In this document: piece by piece, positions 37,901-51,384 of the stretch
How the letters are laid out: each line of letters opens with the position of its first letter
Numbering within the stretch: position 1 is the stretch's first letter
DNA from: Yuukianura sp. NJ FZ-2021
Lineage: Eukaryota
Direction of reading: 5' to 3'
NCBI GenBank assembly: GCA_046563655.1
Contig: CM102286.1
Coordinates: 7,254,001-7,318,000 of the forward strand
DNA: 64,000 nucleotides
Made by a program: the position numbers and the translations under genes
The notes under the pieces: model-generated
What the model was told of the DNA's origin: nothing
Database searches by the model: none
The model's input: the letters and a program-made list of their open reading frames with translations, nothing else

Positions 37901-40900
37901 GGGACTTATTGGCAAGCAGAGGTACACAATGGCCTTCCTTTCAACTCCCACTCAATTGGGATTTGTCACTGTCTACAATCCCTTCAATTGGCTCCATTTT
38001 CAAAAAGAAAGTAAAAAAGAAAGGAGGAAAAAAGAAAATGTCTCCATTTGCTAACCATTATAAACCTAAAGCCATTTCTCAACACCCCTCAGTCTCTTCA
38101 ACAGTGAAAGCTTTCACTCAACCTGATATAACCTAACCTTAGCCTAACTTAATCCTACTTCTAATGTGTTGTTTTCCTTTTTTTGAGCTTACAGTGGCGC
38201 CAAAGTGGATCAAAATGATTCATTTTGGTCCGGCATTGAGTCACGACCGTATGAAATTGTTTCTGCCGCCGGCCATAGGCCATCGGAAAGCCAAAAATCT
38301 TTGCGGCGGAAGATTTTTGCGGCTGAAAATCGCTGTGGCTTAAAACCGAATTCCTAAAAAATTCCTCACCAAATATTTTTAACAAAAATTTTTTAAATTG
38401 GCACAACTTGTGTCACCTGTCTTTTTTGGCAAAAAATGAAACAAAAGATTCTGCTTGACTCCATTTATGTACGGAGGCATAGCTTGTACATGCTTTTTTT
38501 TTAAGATTTTTTTTTCAAAAATGAAATATTACACCCCTGACTGAAGGGAACTTTTTGAAGAGTCCCTTTACGTCTAAATTTCCTATTCATTAATTAGGAG
38601 TCTATTGAAAAGTTCCTGGAAGAAATGTTACATCTACACTACTTCATCTCTTTCCCTCTTCTGCGATGACAATGGAAACCACTTGTTCTTCTGCATTTTC
38701 CTTTGAACATTTTTTCAGTCTAAAATATCTTGATACTCTGCTACTACGATCTTCCGAAGTGGAATGAGAAAATGTTAGGAAAGAGCGCGGGAAGGTTTGA
38801 TTTTTTTTTCGTTTTCCAAAGAATGTGGGCCATAGTCTCTCTCAATATCAACGAAGATTCACGAATCTCTTCATCTCCCTCTCCATTCCCATTGTGTTTC
38901 TCTTGTACAATGGACTGGAAATGAATCTTTGTCTAGTTATGCTGATGAGACTTATAATTCTTAGAACTTGTTCAGAACAAAGTGACAGGGAACTGGAGAC
39001 TGGAGGATGGGCGGACTACTTCAACCGTTTTGTTCTGCCCATCTCTGAATTCAAAATAGAAGAAATTTCATGCTACCAAAACCATTTTATGCCCATCTCT
39101 TTCAATCAAGGTTTCCTTACCATTGAAACATTCAAATTGGATAGGGTTGTGTTTTGAAAAGTATCTTTTAAACTGGAAATACAATCAAAATACATTTCTC
39201 AGAGTTTCAAGTCTAATAATAGGTTACACAACGTAGGACTACACCTTCCAATTCATTCCGTCAGAGCTGCGCAATGGTACAAAAAATCCATTGCATCTGC
39301 GCAGCTTACATCGGCTCCCAAGCCTTCCTGTCCAGAAGCATTATTTTTCCAGAAAGGAGTAACGTGAATGTGAAACGAAGTATTCCACATTCTGCTAACA
39401 ATTCTTATGAGAAGCATAAATTTCAAGAAGCTTTTTTCTTTTGTGTCCCAATCAAACCTCCTTCCGTAACATTACTTTTTTTGGTTTTCAAATTTTCCTG
39501 CTTTGGACATGGAAGCTCTTAAGGGCGGGTTACCTGCTGCTTTTTCGGCCCATAACTCACACTGTTCCAAAAAAAAATTCTTTTTGAAACAGACGAGTGA
39601 CCCGAAGGGGTGTCCCGTATTTGGTAAGGAAAAAAGAAGAAAGTCTTACAGAAGACACACAAAGTTAACATTTAGTTACACATGTAACATAAAATGTAAA
39701 AAAATGTAAACGGAGCATTTATGAGCAGGCATGCGAGCATGAAAAATGTTTTTTGGCAACAAGTACAAAACTTTTAGAGGCTCTTAATCATCTCATTTAT
39801 CTCAAAAGTTCAATTTTCAAAAAAAGTGAAGCAGTTGTTTCTGCCATTTTTTAAAAGTGGAAAACTAAGGTTATAAATAGCGCCATTTCGGGATGCAAAA
39901 GAGGTTTTAGAGCCCTTCTGAGACTTACTACTGCTTACTGGCTGGAGAACAAACAGTTTTTGTTGTTGTTGTCTGGAATCTGTGGAGAGTTTTCAGAGAA
40001 ATTCAAAACAAAAAACTTGTTTTTAGAACAGAACTTAAGTAGTCCGGTCCGTTCAAAAGATTTTGAGAGCGGGAAGCGGAAGATGATAAATTTGAAAAGT
40101 CAGGAAATGTGTAACATACGGTGGACGCTGAAACAACGCTTAAAAGAATATAAGTTCATAACAAATTCAGGATGCAAAGGGCTCCTCTCGGGACTTGGAA
40201 ATCTGGTAGACTCCACCAGTACTTGTCATGGAACCGTTGTCTCAGAAGGGCTCTTCTACAAGCAGCAGAAAAAAAAAGTAACTGCTGGTACTGGGATTTG
40301 ATCCTACACCAACCAACTGCTACACTACTCACTCCTGCCAGAGCGCTGATTTTTTAAAACAAACGCTGACCTTCTGGGTCTAAATTTTGAAAAGTTGTTC
40401 TACTGCCACGAAACAACAAGAGTTAAAAAAATCTTTTAAAGCTTTTGATCCAAATCTGAGTTTTGAAATGTGCTATCAGCAGGCAACCGAGAATAGGTTT
40501 GTGGAGTGATTTGGCGTGAGGCCCTTCGCTGTTGTGCCCTTAAGGGCGCTCTCAAGTCTTCAAATCTTTTTGAATAGGTTTTTTACGTTAGGTTTTGATG
40601 CTCAGGGGTTTAGTGAACTTTTGAAGTATTTTGAGTTAGGTTAGGTATCGTGAAGATGGCCTTAGGTTTTCCTTCCACTCAATTAAATCTTAATGAGGAA
40701 GAGATCAGAGAGGGAGTTCTGATCCTAACGATCTTCTTTTCCATCTTTCAAAAACCTTTCAATCTCCTCATGGGATCCAGTGACACAAAAAGCCTTCGTT
40801 GTCCAAGGGATTACGAACAAGCCAGTACAATTCCCACACAAAAAAAAACACAATTCCAAAATCTTTCGAGCTAAAAACGACAATCGTTATCCCTTAAGTG

Positions 40901-43900
40901 CTAGCTTTTTAAATAATTTAAGTTACGGCTGAATTTGCTAAAGGCTGTTTTTTTAATGGAAGGTTTACTCATTGCCAGATTTCTAAAATGAAACATGTGC
41001 TAAATGGCAAAGATTTTTTTTTTGTTGTCTGTTTTTTTTTTCGTTGCTCTTTTAAAAGCGAATTTGATGTTTTTTTCCAAAAGAAAAACCTGTGCAATGA
41101 TTTCCAAAAATAAAAAGTATAATTTACCTTACCCATTCAAAATGTAAAAAATAATGAATTTTAAGTGCTCAGTGATTTTGAAATTTTACGTTCCATCTTC
41201 CTTTTCTCTTTTTTACATTCCTTTTCATACTTTTAAAATGTTAAGAAAAGTCAATTTCATAACTTTCTTCATTTTGAAATGTTTTGGGAAACAAAATCGA
41301 TAAGTATTTTGGTTTTGAGGCGATTACCAAAAGTCCGTGGTGTGAATTTTGTTTTTGTTTTTTGTCCGTAACAGGGAAGGTTGAGCTTTTACTTTCGATT
41401 TTGTCCACTTTTAGTTGTGAAGCTATAACTGCTGCGCATGCCCAGTTCCACTCTAGGACTTGGAACAGTGCGATTATTGGAACAATTGATGCAGAGGGTG
41501 ACTGTTGGTCACTGTCAAGGCCCAAAAGGCTTTTGGAATAAAAGTAAGAGTTCTCATCGGAGTCATTGAATGGGAGAATAATTGGATCCTATAAGAAACA
41601 AACAAGTACTTAAGGAACGGGAATTAAGGGAACCGAAAGTGGAACTATAGTTGACGACTTTTAGTCTTTCTTCGAATGGACAAAGTTAGTCTGTATATTC
41701 GAGTTTTAGTCCTACACGTCCGAAGGAGAAAGTTAGGCTCATCGATTTCCTTCTTCCTTCCTTAACTAGTTCCAAACTGTTATGAATTTCCTCTCGCATC
41801 AGCTTCACTTCTGGACAAAACAAGGAGAAAGTCCAATGTCCATTTGAACCAGTGTCCCATGCCCAAGAAGAAGGAATCAGCGTCCAGAGGCATGACAAGT
41901 AGCTGAACACTCATGGACGGAAAAAACTGAAACCGATTGGACCCGCCTTTTACGAAAAACAAACGGAAAATGAAAGCTTCCGTCCATGGTGTGTCGAGCT
42001 ATCCAAATTGTTTCAGTCCTTTCTAGACTTGTGACTTTGGCATGGATGGTTCGCTTTGTTACGAACATTACAGTTCTAGAATTCTGAGAAAGCTTCTGCA
42101 GCATGTAACTAACTTTCACCATAAATTTCTAACTGGCAATGGTAATACTACTTGGTTTACATTCTTCTGGAAGAGGAGTTGGACAGAAAGACACCAATAA
42201 CGGAATTAAGAACGAAGCAAGACAACTTAACTACTTAGTTGTTTCTTCCCCTCTCTCCCCACCCACCATCTAGTACTTCCTTACCCTCCCCTTCCCCACC
42301 CCTACCGAACCATATTGTATAGCCTTTGAATGGCAGAGAAAGTTTCACTTAGGCAGTTTGCATTACTTTTACTTTTTTCTTACTAAAGAAACACGGTTGT
42401 AAACGGGCTCTTTCATTCCTACTTTCTCTCACGCAAATCTTGTTGATTGGAAAAGACCAAAGCTACTAAAGATACAAAATGTGTCTAAGGAGCAATAGAA
42501 CCAACGTTGTTCTAAAATTCTACAAGAAATCTATAGCAGTTTTAGATCCTATAACTAATTTAGTAAAGTAGCTTTGCTTAACCGTACTCGAGAGCATTTG
42601 GGATTTGAGTTTACGTTGGGGTTAGGTTATAGTTGTGAAAAGGACATGGGAAAGCCAAAATCAGACACTTTATGGTTAAACGAACTGTGTCGAATTAAAT
42701 TAAATGTGCTCCGTTTGGAGGTCTCAACGTCTAGAGCTCTGCTCGCTTTGGAATGGCTTTCATTACCAAATTAGAGGCGGCTTAGAAGGATTCATGATTT
42801 GACCAAAAAGTTTTAAGCTGGATTTGAGCCACACTACTTCAAAAAGTTTCTGGGAAGCGGAAGATCAAGTGGAGGCGGCAGAAGCCATACATAAACGTAT
42901 TAGTTTCAAAACTAACACGGGAGCGCGTAAAACATGCCGTGCCGACCGACCGCCGTTTGTTTACTATGCGTTTTCACGCTTGTCTCAAAGGATTTCGCAC
43001 ACTAGGCCAAATTTGTTATTAAAAATAATTTGCGGCAACTGTGAACTGCAAAAAAAACCAAAATACAAATTCAAATCCGACTTCCACATTTTTGAGTTTT
43101 AAAAAAGGGAGAACCGGTAAAAAAAATACGTGTAAATTTATGTTTGTTTTTATTTCTCGCGGGTATTTGTCTGAAGTGAAAGTTTGAATCTATTTAGAAA
43201 CTCCCGTTTGGCGTTTTCCAAAATAAGTTCGTGTGAGCACAATTTTACTGAGAATTCGTATAGAAAATCGTTTGTATTTCCCGGTTTTGTAAGATGACTA
43301 GCAGAAAAGGCGTCTAGAAGTCACGCTAGTATCTAGTTACAGCTTTCTCTAGAGAAAAGTGTTCTACGACTGCACAATGCCCATATTTGTGAAGAGGCGG
43401 TGTAGGATTTGAGTGTTTTGTTTGCTTTTGTGTTGTTAGGGAATGATGACTTCATCATCAATAGAGAAAGAGCAGAATACTGTTCGAATTGGGAAAACTG
43501 GCTTTCTCTAGCCTGCCCTCAAGTGGTAGTAGAGACTGAGACGCAAAATAAACAAAAGTGCGCCAAAAAGTAAACATTTGAAAAGCAGCGCCACCGTTGG
43601 GCGTTTGGCTTATGATGATGATGACGATGTTATCAAGTGTTTTTTGTGATCTCTTGCAGACGTGACTTCCCTGACAACGGATACGGTGGTGACCAAGGCA
43701 GGTGCCAATTTGACCTTGGCTTGTCCAGGGGTCACGGAACATTCACTGGTTCTCGTCCTGGAGTGGTACTGCAGGGGATGCTCAACATCAGGAAGTCAGG
43801 AGTCACATTACACTACTGGGGTACGGTTTTCAAAATTTCGAACTTTTTTTTTAATTATGTTTTAATTAAATTTAAAAAAAAACCTTATCACCCCATATTA

Positions 43901-46900
43901 GTTACTGCAACGGAAATGCAACGCACCACTGCACTCTGCGTTTTTAGGCCTTTTTTTAAATTTTGAATTTGGACAACGAAAAATATTGCTCGGGTTGAAA
44001 ATGTTGGAATTACAAAAGAAATCAAAATGATTTCAGTGAGTTCATCTTGTTTTTAAAAATTCTAACTATGATTCGAAAGGCTTTCTTTTGAAATTTTTCA
44101 TTTCATCCTGATTAAATCTTCAACTTTAACCTCTTCTTCCACTCAGAAAAAAACAACGATTGAATTTTTTCTTCTTTTTAATTGCTTGAAGGCATCGTTT
44201 AGAAACGAAGAAACTGAAAGGTGTTTTTCTAAAAGTTTGAATTATGAAATAAATCATTCCATTTGAGCAACTTTTTTCCCTCTTTTTTGAATTTGGCTGT
44301 CTCTGGAAGTGTTAGAATGGGAAACAGTTGGAAATTTAGCGATTGACAGACGAGATAAGTGTTCCTCTGCAGAGGCAGCAGATGAAGGCTATCCTGGATC
44401 CAGCTGATGGGGAATGCTAAAGGTTTGAAACAGGAGCCATTTTGATTGTAAGTGTTGGTGAAACAAAGCGCTTTTGGTCCCGGAGGTAGAAGGCACTTAA
44501 GATGTCTGTCAGAAAGTTTGCGATGGAAGTGATAAAGCCTAGTCTAAGGCTCTGAATACTAATTGGACACACAACGGAATGGATTTACGGCTACCTCCGT
44601 AGGCATCTTTCCCACTAGCGCTTCAATTTCACACTTTAGAGGTAGTTGGTAGACAGGCACATGGAAGTTTTAGAGGCTGGAAGTGAAGGAACCTGATTAC
44701 GAAATCCCAGGGCTTTAGGTTTTCATTTTCTAGTTAAAGTTAAAGCTACTAACCTATACTTTCGTTTACTTTAATAATTTTAGGGTGAAGGAAACAACGA
44801 AAACCAACAACCAGAAAAGTTTAATTATTTTTGTCAAAAGTTGACAGACAAGGAAAAGCTTTACTACACAGCTCTAATCAGGTTTTCAATGAAAGTCAAA
44901 TCGTGTCAAGGGAATTCAATTTTCCCAAGTCTCTCCCTCCTCCTCGACGGCTGGTGCACAATTAATCCTCATTCCACTTTCTCCCACTTTGATCCAGGAG
45001 AACGTCAGAAATTCCGAAAATAACTTTTGCGTTTTCGCACAAATATTTACTGTCGTTGACTTACAAAGGGACGTCAGTGTTCCATATATTACCGAAGTTT
45101 GTTTGAAGACAACAAAATGCATTCGAAATTTGATTTGAAATTAGAAATGTATTCTCAAATAAAATTTGACTAACGTTTAGGGTGGTGGTGCCCCACTTGA
45201 AAAATTTCACAAAAAAAACGTTTACAAGTTCGTTAAGATTTTGCACAGGTTTCTGCAAAGACATAAGCCATGGGTTGTCCTGTTAAGGTAAAAATGAGAT
45301 TCATTGAAAAGATTTTCGCGCGTTTTTCACGCCTGCGTCGTCTGAAGCAATAAAAAGAAAAAAGACCTTGATGAAGAAAAACATATTCGGTTCAAGACTT
45401 AGTAAATTCTTTTGGCGCGAAGATTTTTGTGCCCCATTTTGTTAATGGTTGCAAAGAAAAAAAAAAGACCAAGTTGGGACAACAGCCAAAACGTTGTCAT
45501 TTTCCGGAAGAGGAAATGTGTCAAAGAGAATCTTAAAAGAGTCCTTTGAGCCCTTAGCTCCAAGCAAAGGACCCGTTTGTCCCCTTGCATTAATTTTCCC
45601 ACTTTCCGTGCATCTTTTGTATTAGACGAACATGAAGACGCGAAGAAAATTCAATTAGCGCGCGTCGATTTTCTCCTAGCTTTCTCCTTCTTACTAATTC
45701 AAAGCATTCTGACAATTTTCTGGGCGAATGGACAAGTGGAGCATAGCCTTTTCACCTGCTGGCCCACCCCACTTCCTTCATTTGAAGATTTGTTGTTGGC
45801 AGGAGCTAATTAATTAAAAAACTAAAGAGTCATAAACTAGAGTCCTACTTTCAGCACCAGTAGCCTAACTCAACTTTAACATATTACGTCTATCCTAAAA
45901 CATAACATGTACACAATTCTCATATCGTTCATTTAAGCAGAGCGAGTATTCACTTAATGAATTCAGGTCAGAGGGTTGTAAACGTCAATCCAAGAAAAGT
46001 CTGGATTTGGGAAGGCGAAGCAGAAGCTTGAGAGGGAAAGTTAGTTTTTAAAGAGAAAGCAGAAGCAAAAACTTTTACGACTTGGCAGTTAATATTATAC
46101 CATTTTAAAAAGGAAAAAGTTTAATTATTTCCCGCTTTCTTAGCTTTCGCTTCGCTCAGTTTCAAAACTAACAGCTCCCGTGTAAACTTTCACTTTTGTA
46201 TACATCCTAGCTCTTAGGTTTTATTTGAAGGAAAAAAGCGGGAAACTTACAAAAAATTAAGAGCAATTTTTCATCCAACTGTGACTCTACACGACTCATC
46301 CTATCACAAATACAACATCACATAACGCAATACGTAACCCTATACTAGTACATGGAGTAGATCCTAACTCATGTGATCCTAATACACCATAACATTATGT
46401 AGAATTGTTACATAGTGCAGTATTAGTACATAAAACTCCTACCAAATAGTGATTACATGTGTTATGCACAAGCAAGGTTGAGTTTTTTTTTTATTTGGAC
46501 CAAATTGGGTTAATTTTTCTTTCTCAACAATAATCGGAGCATGGCCAGGAGAAAGCAATTTTGAACTTTTTTTTCTCAAAATTAAAGACTTTCTCTACCT
46601 TGTTAGTCTCTCTCTCTGAGTTCCTGTTCTAATTTGTCATGTCAGCGGATTTTGTTGACAGGGCAAAGTCTTAACTTTCTGTCGATAACGTCGACCTTAC
46701 TAAAGGGGAAAAATTACTCAACAAGTCTATTATATCCGGTTGGATTTTCTTCTTTCTTCTGAGAAAAAGAAACATAACCCTAAAGAATAAAAAAGATGGG
46801 GAAAGCAATTTCTCAAAATGGAACAAAACCTCCTTTCCACTTTCTCGGATCTTATTTTCAAGTGAAAGTCAGAGGAGATCTACTTTCTCTCAATTCTGTT

Positions 46901-47783
46901 CAGAATTCAGAAGATTTAAGTGCAAGTTCCACTGGATTCGATTTTTATGAAAATCAGAACAGATTCAAGACAAAAAAAGAAATGCACCGGAGGAGAAAAG
47001 GAGAGAAAGCAAAAAACAAAAGGGTGAAGAAAGCACTTATTGAATTCTATTTCGATTTTTCTGAAAAAAAAAAGAGAGGCAAAAAGTGAAAGCCCAGGAA
47101 AATTCAAACTTTCAGGGAAAGTAAGATGGAAGTGTTTAGAGATCCGTGTATAATTTGTGCTTGTCTAAGCACTTGAGGAGAGCTCAGCTTTGGGTGAAAA
47201 ACTGAAATCATTTTGAGAGAGTGAGCATGGGAACATTTGAAAAAAAAAGTGAAACAAAATACAAAAAGCGGGATATGGATTGGATATGAAGGACGAAGGT
47301 ACAGAAAAGCGTATTCCAAAAACCTTTTGGTGCGTAGCGTAACGGGATCGATCCAAATCGATTCCATCTTCCAACAACGCTACGTGCATGGTGGTGCGTT
47401 GTAGATTTCCGAGACAAGATGGAAACATTTTGTAGAGAAAGTTTAAATTTCCCCTCACTTTTCCTCTGTTGAAATTATAATTTGTGTTAAATGAGGAAGT
47501 GGTAGTAGTGGTGGTAGGTGGATGACTTCCTCCTTCAGTCTCTGATTGTGTGTGTGCTAATGTCTCTGTTTCTGTTGTAATTAATGGGTTGTGTAGGAAG
47601 TGAAGCTGGTGGAATTTCGGGGAGAAAGTACGACGGTTTGGCAAAATAGGGACCGTGTGAGCCTCAATGCTGAAACGTATGGACTCAATTTCCATCCTGT
47701 AGTGGCCGGAGACACGGGAGAATACAAATGCCTAGTCAACAATCGACCGCTCCCTGAATCCATTACCAAACTTGTTGTTCAAG
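31991..47783 (+). CDS. Immunoglobulin-superfamily cell-surface protein, N-terminal part (putative signal peptide plus one Ig domain); 3'-partial
   Basis: Exon 43660-43820 (VVTKAGANLTLACPGV..VLEWYC) and exon 47597-47783 (RVSLNAETYGLNFHPVVAGDTGEYKCLVN..TKLVVQ) join in phase 0 to form an Ig fold with B-strand Cys, C-strand Trp and the D-x-G-x-Y-x-C motif. Exon 31991-32129 (..KFLVMLTLVLDFFSTQVSG.., GTAAGT donor, phase 1) is a plausible but less certain first coding exon. No further exon was recognised before the window end. Confidence 0.75.
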
Positions 47784-49763
47784 GTAAGAAGCGAAAACGT
47801 TTTTCTGGAAAATATAATTTATTAATTAACATAAATTGGCAATTAAAAAGAAATTAATACAAGGAATTCTAATTTTTTTAACCCAAAACGCTGTTTTTAA
47901 TGGATTTCGTTTTACTCCAAAACAACTATCATATTTCACATCAAAAAATTTCCGCGCTTTTGATTTAACGATTGTCAAAATTTTCTTTAATTGTGCAAAT
48001 GCCGTTTCTAACGTGCATGATTACTTGTTGTGCAGTGCCATTTGTAAAAAATGACACAAAGTCACAACTCAAACGCTCTAACAAAATTTTGTTCGTGTTT
48101 TAGGAAGTGTACGCACATTACTACGCATAGTACTATAGCTTAATGTAAAAAAAACGCTAAGAAATTTTTTTGAAGAACCTTGTGATGAACTTATGTGATT
48201 TTTGAACCCGATTTTATTTTCAAAATTTTCATCAAATTTTTTACTTGCTTTATCTTTTAGATGCATTTCAGGTATGCACTATGAAAGTTGTTAATTGAAC
48301 GTTGAAGGTGTAATTATTAATTAAATAGGTTGCGAGTTCATGAAATTACTAATTGCTATTCAGACTCTCATGCACCTGAGTTCCTCAGTTTCACTTTTCC
48401 TATTCCTAAGCTTTTATATTTTTGTGTTTCAGTTAAGAAAAATTGGTTGAAATTTGTAAGAAAAAAAAAACTCAAATTTTTGAGTTCCTATCAGCCAAAA
48501 GAAATCAGACGAAAGACTCGTCATGCATTCACAATGAGACTCTGATTCTGATTACGGGTTCAAAGGGCAAACAATCTTGGGCTTCCTGCCAAGAATCCCA
48601 GAAGCATCATTCCTACTCAATGGGAGTATACGACCATAATGATACGTTTCAAATAAAAAAAAGCATTTCGGAACTTCCATTTTTAAAATTTAAAAAAACT
48701 CCCGCTCAGGAAGATATTCCACCTGTCCATCAATTAGAAATGAATTCATTAGCATTTTGGAATTTCAACAAAAAACAAGCTCCAGGGCACTTGAACTTCC
48801 TTTTGACTTCCAAAAAACAGTGACTTCTGCTTCCTCATTATTTTAATTACGAAGTTGATTTTTGAACTTTGACCTTTCTTCGAAATTCCATGTCAAATTT
48901 TGATTGAAATTCAAATTCAAAAGTTACCGCTCCGTCACTCAAGTTTAAGAATCTCACACGTCCATGGGTTTACATTAGACTCTGAAAGATATAAAAAATC
49001 TTCTTCTTTTATTATTCTACCTTTAGATTTTTTTTTCGTGAGTTCCTTAAGTGTGTGTATTTTTATGAGAGAATCTCAGGATGTTTGGATTAAGAACGTG
49101 GATTTTGCATTAAGTTTTTTCTTGAGCGCGAAAGAGCTTTCTTCACTTTCACTCTTTGCTTCCTCCGTTCTATCTCTGCTTGGATTTTATTGAAAGTGAA
49201 GGTTAGGTTAGGCAGTCTAACCTAACTTAAGGTTTGTGCGTGTCTAAAAGTGAAAGTAGTGGTGGATTGGGCTTCAACCTGAATTGACTCTGAATGGAAT
49301 TCACTTTGTGTAAATAAATAGGAGAGTGGCTCCTTTGCATAGAGATAGTTTCCTTGGCTTGCTTTCTTCCAGATTCCTTCCTTTTATTGCCCTCTTAAAT
49401 CTAGTTAAGGGGATGAGGGAGGCCGCAGTTACGAAAGCAACTGGCTCCACTTTCGCTTCTTGCATCTACTGCCAGCGATACTTACATGGACACCTCTCCG
49501 AAAATCGAGAGCATTTGAAAACGCAAAGTTCAGTATTTCCAGAACTTACCGTGCTAAAGAACCGCCCCGTGGAACATAAGTTGTTTGCAAACAAATGCTT
49601 TTTAGAGACTTTTGTAAAGAAAAAGTTTTTAGTAAATGAATATTTTTGTGAGTACGTTGTATGTAAAGTGGGTCGAAGTTTGAGAGAAGTATGTGAATTC
49701 TTTATTACTTATTTTATAATTATGAATATCGTTGTAACCGACACTTTTAACGAATGTGACGGT

Positions 49764-50865
49764 TTAGGCGTTACGAATATAATCCGTCCAGCAATTAGAG
49801 TGGGAAAATTTGAACCCAACGCAGGTCATGAGGCGCCTCGAGGTTTCATTGTGCTCTTCAATATGTACCACTGGTACTTTCCCCGACTGGGCCGTGACCT
49901 TACAAAGTTCCTTCATGAGCAATTTTGCGTGACCTTGACCTCTGTATTCCTCCAGTGTATGAACTATATGTATTGCTCCATCTCGCATGTTCATTCCCCA
50001 ACTGACCAATGCCCCGCCAACTTCAAGTCCCGCCGATTCCAAGCTCATAGCACCTTCCCAGGTAAAGTCCACATCACTTATATCAGTAAACTTCCAGTTT
50101 CCAAAAATAATGGTTGCATCTTTATCCCGCAATGAACGTCTGGAAAGACCTGACGGCAACCTAAAATTATAAAAAAAAATGAACACATTGAAAATATTTT
50201 GTGCTATAGTATTGGAATTAATTTTTTTTTGTATTTTTAACGTACACGGAATTAAAACTAAGTGCATCTTGAATCGGCATGTAGTAGGTATCGTTTTCAG
50301 TAACGTTTCTTGAAAATCCGTCTTTTTCACCACAAGCAGTGAGCAGATGATTCAGGATTACTTTATCCACTGAATTGAAAGATACTGATTTACTCCAATC
50401 CACTAGCTCAACAAATTTTTGTAAGATTCGCACCAATGTCTCTTCGCAAGTAGTATTTGGTGACAAAATGCACCAATAGTCCATCGGTTCCTGAAAATAC
50501 AAAAGGGTTTTGGTAATTTAATTTATAGTAATATGAATTCCAGATACCATAGTATAACTGTCGTTACGATATGAATGAAATTTAACGTACAGTTTCAATA
50601 CAGGAGGCGATACAAGTGTTGTCATTGTCTAGTCCATCGTATTGAAAGAAAACAGCATTTTCCTTAAACTTGCATGATAAACTTATTACAGCCATGTTGT
50701 AAAGCTAAACAGAAAAAATTATTTTGATAATTGCTTAGAAAATGATGCATCTCTATGAATGAAGGCTACCTGAGCAGCTTTTGGAAGCCGCTGTGTCAAA
50801 ATCCGTGGCAAACACAATACTTCATCTTCGATCATCTTCACAAAGCCAAAATCAGGAGATCCCAT
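49764..50865 (-). CDS. GNAT-family acyltransferase (glycine N-acyltransferase-like / FR47-like C-terminal domain), copy 1, intact
   Basis: Exons 50770-50865, 50591-50704, ~50246-50490 and 49764-50160 join in frame (~280 aa). Acyl-CoA-binding motif A region LVSWGMNMRDGAIHIVHTLEEYRGQGHAKLLM, followed by VHIEEHNETSRRLMTCVGF. Confidence 0.88.
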
Positions 50866-51384
50866 TTTGATTTCACTGCGATTTACAATGGTTTTGTAAA
50901 TTTAGGTAAAACACTGAATTTGTCTTGGAGAAGTTTTGTTGCTTTCTAAAAGAAACTGATGAAATTCAACGCGTGACTTTTACTTCATGAGATATGGACT
51001 TTATTTGCTCAACATTCTACACATGGGTTTAAGAGTGTTGCGTAATCATCAGAGCTTACTTAATCATGACCTTTAGTCAAACATAATACAGCCACCAGAG
51101 ATCTTCAAAATATGGTACGGTATTGAAAACGCAAGGTTTGGAATCTAAAGAACTTCGCACGCCAAAGAAGCGCCTAATGAAACCATAGGTTTGTAAACAA
51201 GCGCTTTTAAGAGAGATTAAACAGAGAGTGATTAAGTAAAAGAATTTTGTGGATGAGGTAGATGAGTCGGTGTGAAAGGAATTCACATTTTCTTTCTGAA
51301 TATTGTACAACATTTTTTTTTGAACTTATGAAAATTTTTCACCATTTCATCTGAGCGGCATTAGTAGCAAAATTGACAGTTACG

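Noticed and set aside
38191..38410. Cluster of short palindromes with CAGTGGCGCCAA...TTGGCACAACTTG ends
   Set aside because: The terminal match is poor and there is no TSD. It may be an old transposon remnant but cannot be supported.
49326..50135. 269-aa plus-strand ORF
   Set aside because: Its 3' half is the antisense shadow of the GNAT copy-1 last exon. The remainder has no recognisable domain, and the start codon is GTG.
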